Shown here: positions 1-12,135 of the stretch, in pieces
How the letters are laid out: each line of letters opens with the position of its first letter
Position numbering within the stretch: position 1 is the stretch's first letter
Assembly (NCBI GenBank): GCA_965546855.1
Contig: CBEUWO010000001.1
Span: 20,769 to 84,768, forward strand
Length of the DNA: 64,000 nt
From: an uncultured bacterium
GTDB taxonomy: Bacteria; Verrucomicrobiota; Verrucomicrobiia; Opitutales; Coraliomargaritaceae
Direction of reading: 5' to 3'
The notes under the pieces: generated by a model
The model's input: only the letters and a program-made list of their open reading frames with translations
What the model was told of the DNA's origin: nothing
The model's database searches: none
Program-made: the position numbers and the translations under genes

Positions 1-330
1 GCTGAGCAAACTTTCCAGGGCGAGCACGGCTTCGCCTTTGGTGAGTGATCCGCGGGAGTTGAAATTGATTTTTACGGCGGCAATGTCTTGGCGGCGTAGG
101 ATGATCTTGCCGGTCATCTTCTCCAGCATGTCGAGCACTTGCAGTGCCGTCTCGTCGCTGAGTACGATTAGGCCGATCATTTCATCCGGATTCTCGACCT
201 GTGGCTCAAGTGGGACAATCGGTGCGACCGCTTCGGTGGCCGGCGTACTCTCCTTCTGTGCATGCCCCGTGGCAGCCAAGGCGAGGAGCAGGCTGATAAA
301 AAGAGAGGATTTGTGGAAAATGGGTGTCAT
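1..330 (-). CDS. gspD: Type II secretion secretin GspD, N-terminal part (runs off window start)
   Basis: Not in the ORF track. Manual translation from ATG at 330: MTPIFHKSSLFISLLLALAATGHAQKES...VLDMLEKMTGKIILRRQDIAAVKINFNSRGSLTKGEAVLALESLLS, a signal peptide plus a secretin N0-like segment, directly downstream of gspM-like gene. Confidence 0.8.
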   Translation of the reverse strand, partial: MTPIFHKSSLFISLLLALAATGHAQKESTPATEAVAPIVPLEPQVENPDEMIGLIVLSDETALQVLDMLEKMTGKIILRRQDIAAVKINFNSRGSLTKGEAVLALESLLS

Positions 331-358
331 GCTCGAAAGTGTGCGAAACGGATTCGTC

Positions 359-910
359 TTATTGGGTCTTTAGGTCGAAAGAGTTAATTTTAAAGCGGGC
401 ATCGAGCTCTTCAGGATTACGTCGGTTTTTAGTCACACGGACGCTCTGGAGGTTGATGTAGGGAGTTTCTTGACTAAGTAGTTTGTTGAATTGGATCAAT
501 TGCGCAATAGAGATTCGGCTCAGTCGTATGCGGATGTTGTGATCGTTAAAGATCTCGCCCTCGCGTGTTTGCACAGGGTCGATATCTGCCGAGGCGGATA
601 GTGAGACTTGGCGTAGGATGCTGTCGATACGGCCAGAAAGCTGCGATCCGGCATAGGTCTTCTCAGGATCGACCCGCTCGAGTGCATTGGCGAGGCCGAC
701 GCTGAATTGATCACTGCGGTCGAGCCATTGCTGCTGGCTCTGCAAGTCGGACTGAGCTTGCTTACGATGATCGTTCCACGCCGCACAACGGTTGAGCAGA
801 TTCCCCGCCCAGAGAAATACCATCACGAGGATGAACAGCAGGGTGAGGGTTTTCTCGCGCACCGTCATCCGCAGGAAGAGTCGCTTCGCTTGGTGGAGGA
901 TTTTTTGCAT
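359..910 (-). CDS. gspM: T2SS inner-membrane platform protein, GspM/PilO-like
   Basis: 183 aa, one N-terminal TM, coiled segment then ferredoxin-like C-terminus. Its ATG overlaps the upstream TGA. Position in gsp cluster. Confidence 0.65.
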   Translation of the reverse strand: MQKILHQAKRLFLRMTVREKTLTLLFILVMVFLWAGNLLNRCAAWNDHRKQAQSDLQSQQQWLDRSDQFSVGLANALERVDPEKTYAGSQLSGRIDSILRQVSLSASADIDPVQTREGEIFNDHNIRIRLSRISIAQLIQFNKLLSQETPYINLQSVRVTKNRRNPEELDARFKINSFDLKTQ

Positions 911-2301
911 CAGATTTTGGCCTCCTCTGTGGGTACTACGAATCCGGGAATCTCTGGCGACTTCGGTGTTGTCGAACGTTTTGGCATGACCGGAGTCCTT
1001 GGCGTCCTAGGAGCCCTCGGGGCTGCCGCCTCTGGTGCTTTAGATGGCATCTGTGTTTCAAGAAGATCGGGAGTGTCAACAGGTGATGTTGTCTCGATGT
1101 GGGTGTAGCCGAGAGTCACGGTGAAGGTGGTCTTGCCGGAGCGGGTCAGGGACTCGGGGCCAGAGATGACCTCGAATTGCCCGGATTGCTTTAAGCTTTC
1201 GGCATAACTGTTGAGCGCATTGATACTGGTCGCCTTGCCTTCGATGGTGATGTGGTTTTCCCCTTCGACGAAGGCACTATCGTATTCGATGCCGAGCTTC
1301 AGTTTGAGGCGGATATTGTTGGCGGCTTCGAGAATAGCGACTGGGCGCAGCTCATTTTGTGCGACTTGTTCCAGTTTGACCATCAGTGCTTGTTTGTCTT
1401 CAATCGTAAGCACGGCAGTGCGCTGTTTTTCGATCTGTTTATCGAATGTGCCGAGCCACGCTTGGCTGGCGAGTAGCAGGATTTCAAAGCCGATGAGCAC
1501 GAGTGCGAATATCGCGGCCCAGCTGGTGATTCGCCAAAGCAATGCGCCGAAGCGACGGGCGCTACGCTCGGTCACTTTGAAGTCTGCGCTACGCACATCA
1601 GTTTGCCATAGTTGCTTTTCAGTCGGAGCCAGTGTCGTCCACGAGCCGTATTCAAGATCGCTACGCGAATCGTCGATTGATTTGTGATTAAAAGTAGGCA
1701 GCCCCTGTTCGCTCAGTTCGACCGCGTCGGTGCGTATTCTGAGAGTGTGTGCGGTTTTGGGTATATCGGACGAGTTCGCCTTTAGTTGCTTGAGCGCTTG
1801 GTCTGCGTCGATATCAGTCAATTGCTCAACCAGAGCGACATGGGGAATACTCGTGCCTTTTTCAAACAGTAGCAAGCTGAGGTTGTTCGCTGATTCCAGC
1901 GCGATCAGTGTTTCCTCTGGGAAACATGCGCCTGAGAGTGTGGCGAAATCCGGTAACACCCATGCGTAGGCCTGCAGTTCGGTGTAGCCGGCATTTTTTA
2001 GGCGGTCGCGGTGCGTGGCATAGACGAGGATTGAGGGGGCATCTTCGTTGTAGAGATAGCCCCAATTCAATTGGTCGATGGGGAAGGGCGCGATGGATTC
2101 GAGGCTTAATTCGACAAAATCCGCAATCTCGGTCGCTTCTAGATCAATCGGCACTTCGATGGATTCGACGAAAAACAGGTGTCCGGGTAAGACCAGCACT
2201 TGCTCTGCCAGAGCAGTTTCAGTGGGGGGCGATGGTGTGCTGGTGTCTTTCACGGCGGCTAAATGTCTATATGGCTTAGAAGGAAGCACTTTCTTCGCCA
2301 A
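910..2301 (-). CDS. gspL: T2SS GspL/PilN-like protein
   Basis: 463 aa: cytoplasmic N-region ([11 protein letters not shown]), central TM, PilN-like periplasmic domain ([20 protein letters not shown]), Pro/Arg-rich tail. Lies between gspK and gspM. Confidence 0.65.
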   Translation of the reverse strand: MAKKVLPSKPYRHLAAVKDTSTPSPPTETALAEQVLVLPGHLFFVESIEVPIDLEATEIADFVELSLESIAPFPIDQLNWGYLYNEDAPSILVYATHRDRLKNAGYTELQAYAWVLPDFATLSGACFPEETLIALESANNLSLLLFEKGTSIPHVALVEQLTDIDADQALKQLKANSSDIPKTAHTLRIRTDAVELSEQGLPTFNHKSIDDSRSDLEYGSWTTLAPTEKQLWQTDVRSADFKVTERSARRFGALLWRITSWAAIFALVLIGFEILLLASQAWLGTFDKQIEKQRTAVLTIEDKQALMVKLEQVAQNELRPVAILEAANNIRLKLKLGIEYDSAFVEGENHITIEGKATSINALNSYAESLKQSGQFEVISGPESLTRSGKTTFTVTLGYTHIETTSPVDTPDLLETQMPSKAPEAAAPRAPRTPRTPVMPKRSTTPKSPEIPGFVVPTEEAKI

Positions 2302-3406
2302 TGTCCATAGCTGAATAACGGGCAGATACGGTTTCTGGCCCGCCTTGAGTGTATTCGCTCAGTTGTAGGATCTTAAAGGGGAACCGAATGGCGTCTTGCT
2401 CTTCGACTGATCCAGTCTTTGGCGCGTCCTCGGAGGAGCTGCCTGGTGCTGAGCCTGATGCAGCTGAACCAGACTTTGAATCGTCACTGACATTTGGTTC
2501 GACCAGCGCGCTGATGGTAAATGGCACATCGCCTCGCTTGAGATTAACGGTAACGCGCAGTAGAGTGATCTCGACGCCACTGGTTTCAGATGCACCCTCT
2601 GGCGTATTCTTCAAATACGACTCTTCGAGTCCGTCAAATAGGTAGTCATCCTGCCAACCATCTTGTAGGGCCAAGAGCTTCAAAACCTCTGCGGGTGCTG
2701 CGTTGAGATTGACCGCTCCGGTGTTGATGACCGACACCAAGCCGGAGAGCTGCATGAAGCGTTCGTTTGGATGGCCGTCTTGATCGAAGAATTCATCCTC
2801 CCAGACCTTGAGTAGTCGTAATTCCTCCAACGATTGGAGCGGTGCGTTGGCCGCGCGATACGGCGGGTTGTTGCGGAGATAGTCATCCGATTCGGCGCCG
2901 TTCAGGCGTTGCTTGTCGTCCTCGTCGATCCAGTCACTCAAAGTGCTGCTGAGCTCGCGGGTCGTGCCGAAATCGAAATCCAATTGTTGTTCGAGGAGTT
3001 TATTGAGCAGCTCTTCGGGCATCGTATTGAGTGCGAGTTTGCCACCTTCGTCGCGAATGCTGATGCTGACCTCCCATCCGTGCGGGATGCTGATGCCCGC
3101 GTATGTGATCGGGTCATTCCAGCCTTGTTCGCCAGCGTAGAGCTTGCCGTCGTCAATCAGTGCGACTTCTTGGATGGTCGCTAAGGCGACTTCGAGCATG
3201 CCATAGGCAAAGGAGCGCACGTCTGAGGGCTCGTTGAAAATTGCGCGATATTCGAGGTCCTTGACCGCTTCGTTCATGAAGCGTGTGACCATGAATGTAA
3301 TGACCAATATGATGGCAAGCACAGCGACCAACACACTGCCACGCTGCCGCTCGACATGTGCAGTCAGTCTCCTGTATTGCGGTGGAATGGTGATTTTTTT
3401 GGCCAT
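2276..3406 (-). CDS. gspK: T2SS minor pseudopilin GspK
   Basis: RG|[11 protein letters not shown]-terminus, [37 protein letters not shown] and [11 protein letters not shown] motifs typical of GspK. Confidence 0.9.
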   Translation of the reverse strand: MAKKITIPPQYRRLTAHVERQRGSVLVAVLAIILVITFMVTRFMNEAVKDLEYRAIFNEPSDVRSFAYGMLEVALATIQEVALIDDGKLYAGEQGWNDPITYAGISIPHGWEVSISIRDEGGKLALNTMPEELLNKLLEQQLDFDFGTTRELSSTLSDWIDEDDKQRLNGAESDDYLRNNPPYRAANAPLQSLEELRLLKVWEDEFFDQDGHPNERFMQLSGLVSVINTGAVNLNAAPAEVLKLLALQDGWQDDYLFDGLEESYLKNTPEGASETSGVEITLLRVTVNLKRGDVPFTISALVEPNVSDDSKSGSAASGSAPGSSSEDAPKTGSVEEQDAIRFPFKILQLSEYTQGGPETVSARYSAMDIGEESASF

Positions 3407-3407
3407 G

Positions 3408-4151
3408 CTAGTATATCAATGCGCTCTTGGATGGCACGGGAATCATCAATGTGCGCTTCTGTGTGTCACCCTCATACTCGAATATGAGTATCAGAAAGCG
3501 GGGGAGCAAATATTGGTCATCACCGTCGCCTTCCATCGGTTCATCTGTTGTCTCCCATTTTTCGAAGCTTTCGTCCCAATAAATGTATTGGATCTTCGTC
3601 ACCAACGAACTGATCACCGTGCGACGCAGGTCGTTGATGTGCTCAGTCTCTTCTTGCAAAATAGAATACCACAGTAAGCTGAGGCCTTCCGTGCGGTCGA
3701 AATAAAGAAAGGCATCGATGCCCAGTAGCGGGGCATTTTCGAGGCCGACGAGTAGCGGAGGCGCTTCGGTGAGCTGGAAATTTAGCAATGGCTCTTTGTT
3801 GTCTGAATATCCCGGTGGCCGCGCCCATCCGACTGGCTCGTCTGCGGCGCGAACCAATCCGCCGCCATTAGTCGATGAGCTGCCGTCCCCGGCTGCGATC
3901 TCGCCACCTGCGTTTATAAAGGTGGCATTGAGGAATTCGGTGACGCCATCGACGTGATCAACAAAGAAATGGCGTTCCGACCGTTCCGACCAAATACTAC
4001 TGATGGAGACGAGTAAAGAAACGGCGGCTGCGAGCAAGAAGCCAGCCACCGCAATCGCGAGAATCACTTCGAGCAAGCTCATGCCTGACCTAGATGACTG
4101 ATGGCTGATCGCTGATGGCTGATCGCTGACGGCTGATGGTTGGTGGCGCAT
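3408..4151 (-). CDS. gspJ: T2SS minor pseudopilin GspJ-like, with a heptamer repeat in its leader
   Basis: Prepilin cleavage motif G|MSLLEVILA. Its ATG overlaps the gspI stop (TAATG). Confidence 0.75.
   Translation of the reverse strand: MRHQPSAVSDQPSAISHQSSRSGMSLLEVILAIAVAGFLLAAAVSLLVSISSIWSERSERHFFVDHVDGVTEFLNATFINAGGEIAAGDGSSSTNGGGLVRAADEPVGWARPPGYSDNKEPLLNFQLTEAPPLLVGLENAPLLGIDAFLYFDRTEGLSLLWYSILQEETEHINDLRRTVISSLVTKIQYIYWDESFEKWETTDEPMEGDGDDQYLLPRFLILIFEYEGDTQKRTLMIPVPSKSALIY
4099..4147. repeat. 7 degenerate heptamers TGAYSGY inside the gspJ leader
   Basis: tgatggc tgatcgc tgatggc tgatcgc tgacggc tgatggt tggtggc, encoding [16 protein letters not shown] on the minus strand. Confidence 0.9.
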
Positions 4152-4615
4152 TAGAATCGGTCGAAGTCGCGTGAGCTTTGAAGGGCGTCTTTTTTATCCT
4201 GCAACAGGGTGGAGCGTTCGTCGGATTTGGACCATGTCGGGCGTAATAGGTAGAGCGACTCGGTATGAGTTGCTTCTTGCTGCTCTTGTGGCTCGCTAAA
4301 TTCGATCCTTAGCTGCACCTGAAATAGATCGACCACGTTGGTCGGCTCGATCGCTGCTTGCCAATTAGCCGTGCCGTTGTTGAGTGTTTGGTAGCGGTCG
4401 CCTTCTTCGGCATCATTCAGATTCGGCTCTAATAGTAGCTGCATGCGCACTGCACGGATATCTGCGTGGCGCAGGTCATTGCTTTGCCCATGTTCGCGTG
4501 CGAGCAGGGCGTTGACAAATGAAGCGGTCAATACAACTGAGGCCATCGCAAATAGCGCCAGTGCGACGACCACTTCGATCAGCGAAAAACCAGAAACTGT
4601 GCGGCATTGGCTCAT
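4151..4615 (-). CDS. gspI: T2SS minor pseudopilin GspI-like
   Basis: G|FSLIEVVVALALF prepilin motif, 154 aa, between gspH and gspJ. Confidence 0.75.
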   Translation of the reverse strand: MSQCRTVSGFSLIEVVVALALFAMASVVLTASFVNALLAREHGQSNDLRHADIRAVRMQLLLEPNLNDAEEGDRYQTLNNGTANWQAAIEPTNVVDLFQVQLRIEFSEPQEQQEATHTESLYLLRPTWSKSDERSTLLQDKKDALQSSRDFDRF

Positions 4616-5145
4616 TTGCGGGTGATTAACAGGCTGGAGAAGGGGTCGAAGATTAAGCGCGTCGGCGTGCCGTTACCGCTATCGATATCCACTACGAATG
4701 GGCTGGAGCTGCGATCCGGTGCAAATCTGACTGCATTGGTTTCAAGTTTGGTGCGACTGGCGTCGTTGGCGGGCGCTAGGCCTTCAGCGGCAGGCACTAG
4801 GTAAAACAGAATCTCAGCTGGGCCGCTTTGATTGAAATTTTCGTTCAGCTTAAAGGTTTCGCCGACGCTCTCTGCGTTCGAAATCGACAGGCTGCCACTC
4901 TTTTTATCAAACCTGAGTTCGGTGATGGTGCGCTCACTGGCAGCCACAAATCGCGCTTCGCGCACCGCTGCTTGCAAGATTTCTTCGCTGGTTTGCGAGT
5001 CACCCCGATCTGCGAGCGAGGCAAAGTTGGTAATCACCACCGCTGCTGCAAAGGCCATCAGTCCGAGGACGAGGACGATCTCGATCAGCGTAAAGCCCGA
5101 GGTGTCGGGTACTTGGCTGGTATGCTTACCAGTTGCCAATGTCAT
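4612..5145 (-). CDS. gspH: T2SS minor pseudopilin GspH/FimT-like
   Basis: G|[13 protein letters not shown] motif. Start chosen at ATG 5145, which is uncertain (track start is 5184). Confidence 0.75.
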   Translation of the reverse strand: MTLATGKHTSQVPDTSGFTLIEIVLVLGLMAFAAAVVITNFASLADRGDSQTSEEILQAAVREARFVAASERTITELRFDKKSGSLSISNAESVGETFKLNENFNQSGPAEILFYLVPAAEGLAPANDASRTKLETNAVRFAPDRSSSPFVVDIDSGNGTPTRLIFDPFSSLLITRK

Positions 5146-5575
5146 CGGCGCTTTCGGTGCCATCTGGACCGAGCGACCATGCATCGTAGCCGCGGGCTCC
5201 GTTGATGTTCTTAGTCCCCGGGTAGCGGTATTGGTAAGGGTTATCCCAAGGGTCGAGCGGTAATTCTTTCAGGTATGCACCTTTCCACTTCGCCTCTTTG
5301 CCAGAAGGAGCCTTCGTTAGTGCTGCTAGGCCTTGCTCGGTGGAAGGGTAGTTGCCTACATCGAGTCGGTAGGGCACCAGCGCTGTATCAAGTGTCTGAT
5401 TTACAAATAGGCTGGCGACTTTTTCTTGCTGACCACTGAAAATACCACCTAAATTACCAATCGCGACCGTTGCAAGCACTGCGATCAGTGCAATTACAAT
5501 GAGGATTTCGATTAAACTGAAGCCGCTGTTGCGCTTAAGCTGACGTTTTGAAATAAGAGACGGTGATGATTTCAT
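5126..5575 (-). CDS. gspG: T2SS major pseudopilin GspG
   Basis: G|[46 protein letters not shown]...DDIGNW. Start at ATG 5575 (MKSSPS). Confidence 0.95.
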   Translation of the reverse strand: MKSSPSLISKRQLKRNSGFSLIEILIVIALIAVLATVAIGNLGGIFSGQQEKVASLFVNQTLDTALVPYRLDVGNYPSTEQGLAALTKAPSGKEAKWKGAYLKELPLDPWDNPYQYRYPGTKNINGARGYDAWSLGPDGTESADDIGNW

Positions 5576-5628
5576 AAGAAAATACAGTGAAGAGAGTGTA
5601 GTAATGATGGCTTTGGAGATGTTCCTGA

Positions 5629-6120
5629 TTATGTATTCGGGACGGCAGAGGCTGTGCCGATTGTACGAGCATCGCGTGCGTTTGTGCGGCACTGGTTCTC
5701 TTCTTCGCGGATACGAACAACTTCGTCGTAGATTTCGGGACTAAAGAACTGTTTGTCGTGTTGCACTGCGTGGAGCGCCTTTGTGAGCTCTTCCAAGCCA
5801 GAAATCTTGTTGATCAATCCGTCGGCATTGCCGCGCACTGCGATCTTTATAGTCTGTGGGGATATCTCCCCTGTAAATACTAAGATCTTTATGTTCGGGT
5901 ACTTACGCTTTAAGAGGTGCAGGATTTCGAGGCCATTTACCTCTGGGAGTTGGATGTCGACGATGACGAGATCGGGAGAGAGTTGGAGGCATTGTTCGAC
6001 GCCTTCGCCGCCGTTGCCGGTCATGCCGAGCAGTTCTAAGTCGGGAAAACTTGCGGCAAAGAAGATCGAGAGCAGATCCCGAAGGATTTCCTGATCTTCA
6101 ATGATATAGACAGTTTTCAT
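5629..6120 (-). CDS. Single-domain response regulator (NarL-type receiver, no HTH)
   Basis: [19 protein letters not shown] (phospho-Asp), VFTG, ADGLINK, then NarL linker FFSPEI and stop with no LuxR HTH. Confidence 0.85.
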   Translation of the reverse strand: MKTVYIIEDQEILRDLLSIFFAASFPDLELLGMTGNGGEGVEQCLQLSPDLVIVDIQLPEVNGLEILHLLKRKYPNIKILVFTGEISPQTIKIAVRGNADGLINKISGLEELTKALHAVQHDKQFFSPEIYDEVVRIREEENQCRTNARDARTIGTASAVPNT

Positions 6121-6372
6121 GTGTTACGGATAAGATTTTGATGTTTCACAATTAAGTTGTCGAGGGGCATGGCTGTCGAGGGGTTTTTCGGATAAAGATA
6201 ACGATTGGCTGTAATTATCAGAGGGGCGCGCACTGGCGTCGAATCCTCGAGATCCTGCTATCAAAACGCTTTAGATCGGGAAAGGCGCGGCTTGAATGGT
6301 ATTCACTGCTTGCGACCAAGAAGAGGACACTTCAAGTTGCTTTAGTTGTCATCTCTTCACATTATTCGTATT

Positions 6373-7341
6373 ATGAAACAAGGAACCGTCATCCCAGCTC
6401 CAAGAGCACTCGAAGTCGTCGACCGTCTGCGTCAAAATATTGAACGTACCATCAAAGGAAAGACCGATGCGGTCGATAAGGTAATTATTACTTTATTAGC
6501 GGGGGGGCATATTTTGATCGAAGATTTACCAGGCCTCGGTAAGACCACACTGGCGTATTGTTTGGCGCGTTCGCTCGACTGCTCCTTTTCGCGCATACAG
6601 TTTACCAGTGATATGCTGCCTTCGGATATTATCGGAGTGTCGATCTACGATGAGAAGGAGCGCGAGTTCACGTTTAAACGCGGTCCGATCTTTGCAAATA
6701 TTGTGCTCGCTGATGAAATCAACCGAACCACGCCTAAGACACAATCTAGTCTGCTCGAGGTGATGGGACGCGGCAAACTCTCAGTGGATGGGCAAACATA
6801 CACAGTGCCGCCGCCGTTCATGGTGATCGCCACTCAGAATCCTGTCGACTACGAGGGTACGTTCCCGTTGCCCGAAAGCCAGATGGACCGCTTCTTGATG
6901 CGTATCAATATTGGGTATCCAGAACGTAAATACGAATTGGAGATCTTAAAACATGGCAAGTTGCACTATGATCATCTAGAGGCGGACGCGGTGGTGTCTC
7001 GCACGGAGGTCGGTGAGTTGCAGTCTTATGTGCGTGAAGTGTTTATCGAAGATACCGTGTATGATTATATCGTGGAGATTGTGCATGCTACGCGCGAAGA
7101 GCGCTCGTTTCGCTCTGGAGTCAGTCCGCGTGGCACGCTTTCATTAAAAATCGCGGCGCAAGCCAAGGCCTTATCGCAGGGGCGTGGCTTCGTATTACCA
7201 AGCGATGTGCAGCAACTCGTTGTTCCGGTCTTTAGCCATCGACTTGCGTTAGCCAAGCCGATGTCGGACCCGATCGAAGAGCGACGCTCGATCGAGGGAC
7301 TGCTGATTGAGCTATTGGAGGCTACGCCAGAACCTGCTTGA
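6373..7341 (+). CDS. moxR: MoxR-family AAA+ ATPase
   Basis: Walker [59 protein letters not shown]. Start at ATG 6373. Confidence 0.95.
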   Translation: MKQGTVIPAPRALEVVDRLRQNIERTIKGKTDAVDKVIITLLAGGHILIEDLPGLGKTTLAYCLARSLDCSFSRIQFTSDMLPSDIIGVSIYDEKEREFTFKRGPIFANIVLADEINRTTPKTQSSLLEVMGRGKLSVDGQTYTVPPPFMVIATQNPVDYEGTFPLPESQMDRFLMRINIGYPERKYELEILKHGKLHYDHLEADAVVSRTEVGELQSYVREVFIEDTVYDYIVEIVHATREERSFRSGVSPRGTLSLKIAAQAKALSQGRGFVLPSDVQQLVVPVFSHRLALAKPMSDPIEERRSIEGLLIELLEATPEPA

Positions 7342-7361
7342 TCGACCTATTGCTTCGATAG

Positions 7362-8513
7362 ATGGCACAAGCAAATGCAGAGCTGAGGAATTGGCACGAC
7401 TGGACAGATCCAGACTTTTTTGCCACCAATCGTCAGCAAGAGAAACGTTTTGTGCCGTTGTTCCTCCGGCAGATCTTGCCTAGTCATATGCTGCAAACGC
7501 GGCTTACTTTGACTGGTTGGTGCTTGATCGTGGTGTCATTTGGTATCGGACTCGCGGCTTACAATACCGCGAGTAATATTTTGTTTCTGACGCTCTCATT
7601 GCTACTCAGCAGTTTGGTGTTGAGCGGTATATTGTCGTGGGTGAATTTTAGAAAGCTTCAGTGGGCGCTGCAGGCACCCTTACACCTAAAGGTCGGCGAA
7701 GTTGGTATGGCCGAAGTTGATTTAGCGAATGGCAAAACGCTATTTCCAGCGATGGCTATTTGTTTTCGAGTGAATTCGGAGATGACAAATGAGACGGAGC
7801 GACTCTATATGCAACAGGCGCTAGGTGCAGGTGAATCGTGTAAGTTGGAATGGACTTTCGTGCCGCAACAACGTGGGAGTTTTCAATTACGTCTATCGGG
7901 CGTGCAATCGCAGTTTCCTTTTGGTTTCTTGCAAAAGACGATTGGCAGTGATTCGGAGACTTCAGTGCTGGTCTGGCCTGCGCGAATTAATTATATTTTT
8001 CAAGCTAGTCCAGGGGGGCAGCGCATTGCTGCGGGAGTCTCACGCAAGCATGCGGGCCTTGGTAATGATCTATTAAATATACGGCCGTATGTGCCCGGCG
8101 ATCCGCCACGACTGGTGCATTGGAAAGCCACTGCTCGCACTCAGCGAGTGATGGTTCGGCAACTCGCGCAGGAGGGGGAGAGTGGTTATCATCTTCAACT
8201 CGACTCAGATGCATCACGCTGGAATAGTGTGCAGTTTGAGATTCTTTGCTCGCTCGTTTGTTCGTTAGCAGATGATCTTTTCCACCTCGGACGCTTGGAG
8301 TCTGTACGTGTCGATAATTTGGGCTCGATGCCAGTGCGCACCATTCATGAGTTACATGATTTTTTCGACCAATTGGCTCAGTTGGAGCGCAAGCCACGGA
8401 AGCAAGAGGCTCAACCGCACGTGCGATCCAATCGTTTAACTTTTAGACCATGCGAGGAGAGTGGAATTGCGATTTATGTTGATGCGAATCAAGCAGGCCA
8501 GACTGACACTTGA
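7362..8513 (+). CDS. DUF58 domain protein
   Basis: Two N-terminal TMs, FPFGF, IRPYVPGDPPRLVHWKATAR motif. Follows moxR. Confidence 0.9.
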   Translation: MAQANAELRNWHDWTDPDFFATNRQQEKRFVPLFLRQILPSHMLQTRLTLTGWCLIVVSFGIGLAAYNTASNILFLTLSLLLSSLVLSGILSWVNFRKLQWALQAPLHLKVGEVGMAEVDLANGKTLFPAMAICFRVNSEMTNETERLYMQQALGAGESCKLEWTFVPQQRGSFQLRLSGVQSQFPFGFLQKTIGSDSETSVLVWPARINYIFQASPGGQRIAAGVSRKHAGLGNDLLNIRPYVPGDPPRLVHWKATARTQRVMVRQLAQEGESGYHLQLDSDASRWNSVQFEILCSLVCSLADDLFHLGRLESVRVDNLGSMPVRTIHELHDFFDQLAQLERKPRKQEAQPHVRSNRLTFRPCEESGIAIYVDANQAGQTDT

Positions 8514-10707
8514 AGAGCTGCACCAGCTGAAGTGGTTAACGGGAGGCCTTTTGACCTTGCTGTCCTTGTGGGCGCTCTGCTCCTTGGAGCTGGATAGCGA
8601 GGTGCACCTGACTCTTGGTATCATTGCCGTTTGCGTGTCGTTGATTAGACCTAGGTGGATTGCGGCACTTCCGCCTGTGGTGTGGCGCTTGGCTGGACCT
8701 GTTGTACTGGTCATTACCTTGGTTGATTTTGCCTTTGGTTTTATCAATTTCTTCCCGCCTTTGATGCGAATGGTGATTCTGCTGCTGCTATATCGAGCAT
8801 TTGCGCCGCGCACTCGACGTGAAGATCTTCAACTTGTTCTGTTGTGTCTATTTAGTGTCGTCGTGTCTGGTGCGTTGACGGTGTCACTACTGTTTGCTGT
8901 GCAGATTCTATTGTTTACGCCCGTTGCTATGTCTTTGCTGTTTACCGTTTGCATACTAGATCGTGGCCTCTGCAGCGTCGCTATACAGCCAGATTGGGAA
9001 CAGTTTAGTTGGGGGCGGTTTGTGAGGCGTGCTTGGCGTGTCCTGGATTTTCGATTGTTGGGGTTGGGCGCGTTGTTGTTTACTTTTGTGGTGGCGGCTT
9101 CGACTGGATTTTTCGTGTTGATTCCGCGCTTTAATTTAGAGCAGGCGATTCCGTTTCTACAGCTTCAGGCTAAATCAAAATCGGGATTCAGTGATCAAGT
9201 GACACTCGGTTCGGTTTCTGAGATTACTAAAGACTATAGCATCGCATTGCGGGTCGATGTGCCCAGCAAAGAGGCTATCATTTTGACCCCGTATTGGCGC
9301 ATCTTAGTGTTAGATCAATATCGCGATGGTGAGTTTTGCCTATCGCCGCAGGCGCGTGAATTTCGCAAGTATGAGCGGGTGCGGGCATTGTCTGCGTGGT
9401 CGGGATGGACGATTCCGCTGCGCGATCGAAAGGCGCAGCAGTGGACCTTTTATTTCGAAGATGGTGTCAGCCAGTATTTGCCTCTGCCAGGGGTGTTCCA
9501 CTCGATGCGTTTTCCTACGTATCAGGATATGGTGCTGATGCCAGATCTGCATGTGCTCGGTCTCGATGCGGTGCCAACAAGTACGTTTTCCTATCAAGTT
9601 GAGGACTTGATGTTCGGAGTGCGCTCTCCGGCTTCGGATGCAGAAAATGAAGCGTTTTTAAATTTCCAAGAAAATCATCGAGGCAAGGACGACGAGGTGG
9701 TGCAGTATCCGCTGACCACTTTGGAGTTGGACCTCGACTCGGCAGATCGTGCACGCCTCTCGCAATTAAATCGCCATTTGATTGGCGAGGCGGTGGATTT
9801 ATCGGCTTCAGAATATAGTCAGTTGGTTGTGAGTCATTTGAGAGGGAATTTTCGCTACTCCCTGAAGTCGAATGGCACGGACGGTGCTGGGGACCCTGTT
9901 GTTGGCTGGATTACTGCTGGCAGTTTGGGGCACTGCGAGCTGTTTGCGGCTGCGTTTGTTTTATTGGCAAGAGATGCTGGATATCCGGCGCGCATGGTCG
10001 TCGGTTTTGCTGGTGGCGGTTGGAATGGAGTCGAAGACTTTTTTGTTGTTCGCAATAGTGACGCACACGCGTGGGTTGAAATCTATGATGGACACGCGCA
10101 AGAGTGGTTACGTGTGGATCCGACGCCCGGAGCGAGCCCGAACGATCCTGAACTGTCGCTACCCGCTACTTTTGAAGAAGAGACTGGTGTGAGTGCATGG
10201 GTGGATAGTTTGCGGATGCAGTGGTATCGGCGGATCGTGAATTTTGATCAGACAGATCAAGTTGAACTGGCGACAACGATGATCGATTTAGGCGATGAGT
10301 TGTTGGCCGTAATTTCGACTCGACTCAAGGAGATCGGTGCCTCACTTAAGCAATGGATAGCCACGCCGTTCAGTCGCAGCAGTTTTGTTCGTTCGGGAGT
10401 GGCGATAGGGATCTGTTTCGGGCTCGTCGTGCTATGGCGGGCGCGCTATTATTGGCTGAGCCTTGTATTTAAATTATTGAGACGTCCGCAGGCACTGAAT
10501 CCAATCCGGCGGGAGGCGGCTCGGCATTTGACACGATTACGGGTGCGCCTCGCGGAGACGGATCAAGACTCACCGCGACTCGAAGCATATCAAGGCATTC
10601 GCATGGAGTTGGAAGTATTACGCTTTGGGCCTGAGGTGCCGATTGACACCGCAAAGCCGATTTTTACTCAAGCGAAGCGACTTCTGCGCCGTCGGTCCAA
10701 GATTTAG
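8476..10707 (+). CDS. Membrane transglutaminase-like protein (DUF3488 + TGase core, TgpA-like)
   Basis: Multiple N-terminal TMs; [28 protein letters not shown] give a Cys-His-Asp triad. Confidence 0.9.
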   Translation: MLMRIKQARLTLEELHQLKWLTGGLLTLLSLWALCSLELDSEVHLTLGIIAVCVSLIRPRWIAALPPVVWRLAGPVVLVITLVDFAFGFINFFPPLMRMVILLLLYRAFAPRTRREDLQLVLLCLFSVVVSGALTVSLLFAVQILLFTPVAMSLLFTVCILDRGLCSVAIQPDWEQFSWGRFVRRAWRVLDFRLLGLGALLFTFVVAASTGFFVLIPRFNLEQAIPFLQLQAKSKSGFSDQVTLGSVSEITKDYSIALRVDVPSKEAIILTPYWRILVLDQYRDGEFCLSPQAREFRKYERVRALSAWSGWTIPLRDRKAQQWTFYFEDGVSQYLPLPGVFHSMRFPTYQDMVLMPDLHVLGLDAVPTSTFSYQVEDLMFGVRSPASDAENEAFLNFQENHRGKDDEVVQYPLTTLELDLDSADRARLSQLNRHLIGEAVDLSASEYSQLVVSHLRGNFRYSLKSNGTDGAGDPVVGWITAGSLGHCELFAAAFVLLARDAGYPARMVVGFAGGGWNGVEDFFVVRNSDAHAWVEIYDGHAQEWLRVDPTPGASPNDPELSLPATFEEETGVSAWVDSLRMQWYRRIVNFDQTDQVELATTMIDLGDELLAVISTRLKEIGASLKQWIATPFSRSSFVRSGVAIGICFGLVVLWRARYYWLSLVFKLLRRPQALNPIRREAARHLTRLRVRLAETDQDSPRLEAYQGIRMELEVLRFGPEVPIDTAKPIFTQAKRLLRRRSKI

Positions 10708-11153
10708 CTTTCGAGGCGAATGCGATGTGCAGTGTTTACATCGATATCGAGGTGCAAGTGCCATGCGTCGCCTGGCAAACTGTTGGCGATGCGCTCAGGC
10801 CATTCGACAGCGAGGCACCACGGTGGAGCGAGGAAATCGTCGATCATCAGGGCGTCAAGGTCCGCCCCAGAACTGAGGCGGTAGGCATCCAAATGCACGA
10901 GCTGGCGACTGCCTTTATAGAGCGTGTATAAATTGAAAGTAGGGCTGGTGACTGGCTCTACAATATCCCATGCACGGGCTAATCCACGGATAAAGGTCGT
11001 TTTGCCCGCACCGAGGTCGCCGTGAAAGGCAAGCACCTGATCGTCTGGCACGTAGTCCGCAAACGCCCGTGCGATTTGCTCGGTTTGCTTGGCAGAGGTG
11101 GTGACAATGCCTTGCCGGAGTTGTTGGAGGAGATCTGTGTCTGCGCAGCTCAT
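10704..11153 (-). CDS. tsaE: tRNA threonylcarbamoyladenosine biosynthesis ATPase TsaE
   Basis: [31 protein letters not shown]. Confidence 0.95.
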   Translation of the reverse strand: MSCADTDLLQQLRQGIVTTSAKQTEQIARAFADYVPDDQVLAFHGDLGAGKTTFIRGLARAWDIVEPVTSPTFNLYTLYKGSRQLVHLDAYRLSSGADLDALMIDDFLAPPWCLAVEWPERIANSLPGDAWHLHLDIDVNTAHRIRLES

Positions 11154-12127
11154 GAACCTCTCAAATGCTCAAATCCGTGTGACCATGGCAAGGCTGTGTT
11201 TGTTTTTGCGTCAATTAATTGCCCTGCATTGGCGGATTGGCGGATGACCCCGATGTGGTGCAATTCGGTTGCAGGGAATTGCTCCGACCACTGAGTTTCG
11301 AATACATGTCGGTTGATCTGCGTATCGAGTGTGAAGATCAGCTCGTAGTCTTCACCATCGCAGCAGGCGTGCTCCAGTGCACTGCGCTCCGAAGTGTTGG
11401 CTAGCGTGTGTGCTGCTTCGGCGATAGGAAGGGCTGCTAGGTCGAGCGCGGCATGTGTATCAGATGGCAGTAGGGACTTTAGATCCTTCGCCAAGCCGTC
11501 GGTTAAATCCATCATCGCATGGCAGTATTGCTGAGTGCTCAACCATTGGCCTTCGGCAAGCCGAGGTTGAAATTGGAAATGCTTGCCTAGAATACTGCCG
11601 CCAAGGGTGCCTGTCACATAGATGTGATCACCGGATTTAGCGGTGCTGCGTAGCTTCGGGCTCTGTGCCTGACCGGTGAGTGTCAATACTGCCGAAAAGT
11701 TGCCGTGTGCAAGGCTGCTGATGTCGCCCCCAACTAAACTGACTTTATGGCGCTCGCAACACTGATGAATTCCGCGAAAAAAGGCTTCCAACCATCGAGT
11801 TGATAGATCCGGTCCACAGAGTAGTGCCAGCACTGCGGGGCCGGGTGTGCCACCCATTGCTGCAATGTCGCTTAAGTTGCGTTTCACCAGTTTCGCACCT
11901 GCATCCTCAGCAGATACACTGGCATCAAAGTGTTGCCCATAACTGACACTATCGACGGTCAATAGTTGCTGCCCTTGGTTGACGAGCGGCAGCACGGCAC
12001 AATCGTCGCCGATGCCGTGTGGTGCGGATGGGCTTACGAGGCCAAGCCATGTGCTGATTTTTTCAATCAATGCGACTTCGCCCAGATGCGAAACGCTATC
12101 GGCAGAATTGAGAGTAAAGGGCTCCAT
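11150..12127 (-). CDS. thiL: Thiamine-monophosphate kinase
   Basis: [38 protein letters not shown]. Start at ATG 12127. Confidence 0.95.
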   Translation of the reverse strand: MEPFTLNSADSVSHLGEVALIEKISTWLGLVSPSAPHGIGDDCAVLPLVNQGQQLLTVDSVSYGQHFDASVSAEDAGAKLVKRNLSDIAAMGGTPGPAVLALLCGPDLSTRWLEAFFRGIHQCCERHKVSLVGGDISSLAHGNFSAVLTLTGQAQSPKLRSTAKSGDHIYVTGTLGGSILGKHFQFQPRLAEGQWLSTQQYCHAMMDLTDGLAKDLKSLLPSDTHAALDLAALPIAEAAHTLANTSERSALEHACCDGEDYELIFTLDTQINRHVFETQWSEQFPATELHHIGVIRQSANAGQLIDAKTNTALPWSHGFEHLRGS

Positions 12128-12135
12128 CTTGTGAC

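Noticed and set aside
6133-6150. Rex-like TTCACAA half site upstream of the response regulator
   Set aside because: The left half does not match TTGTGAA.
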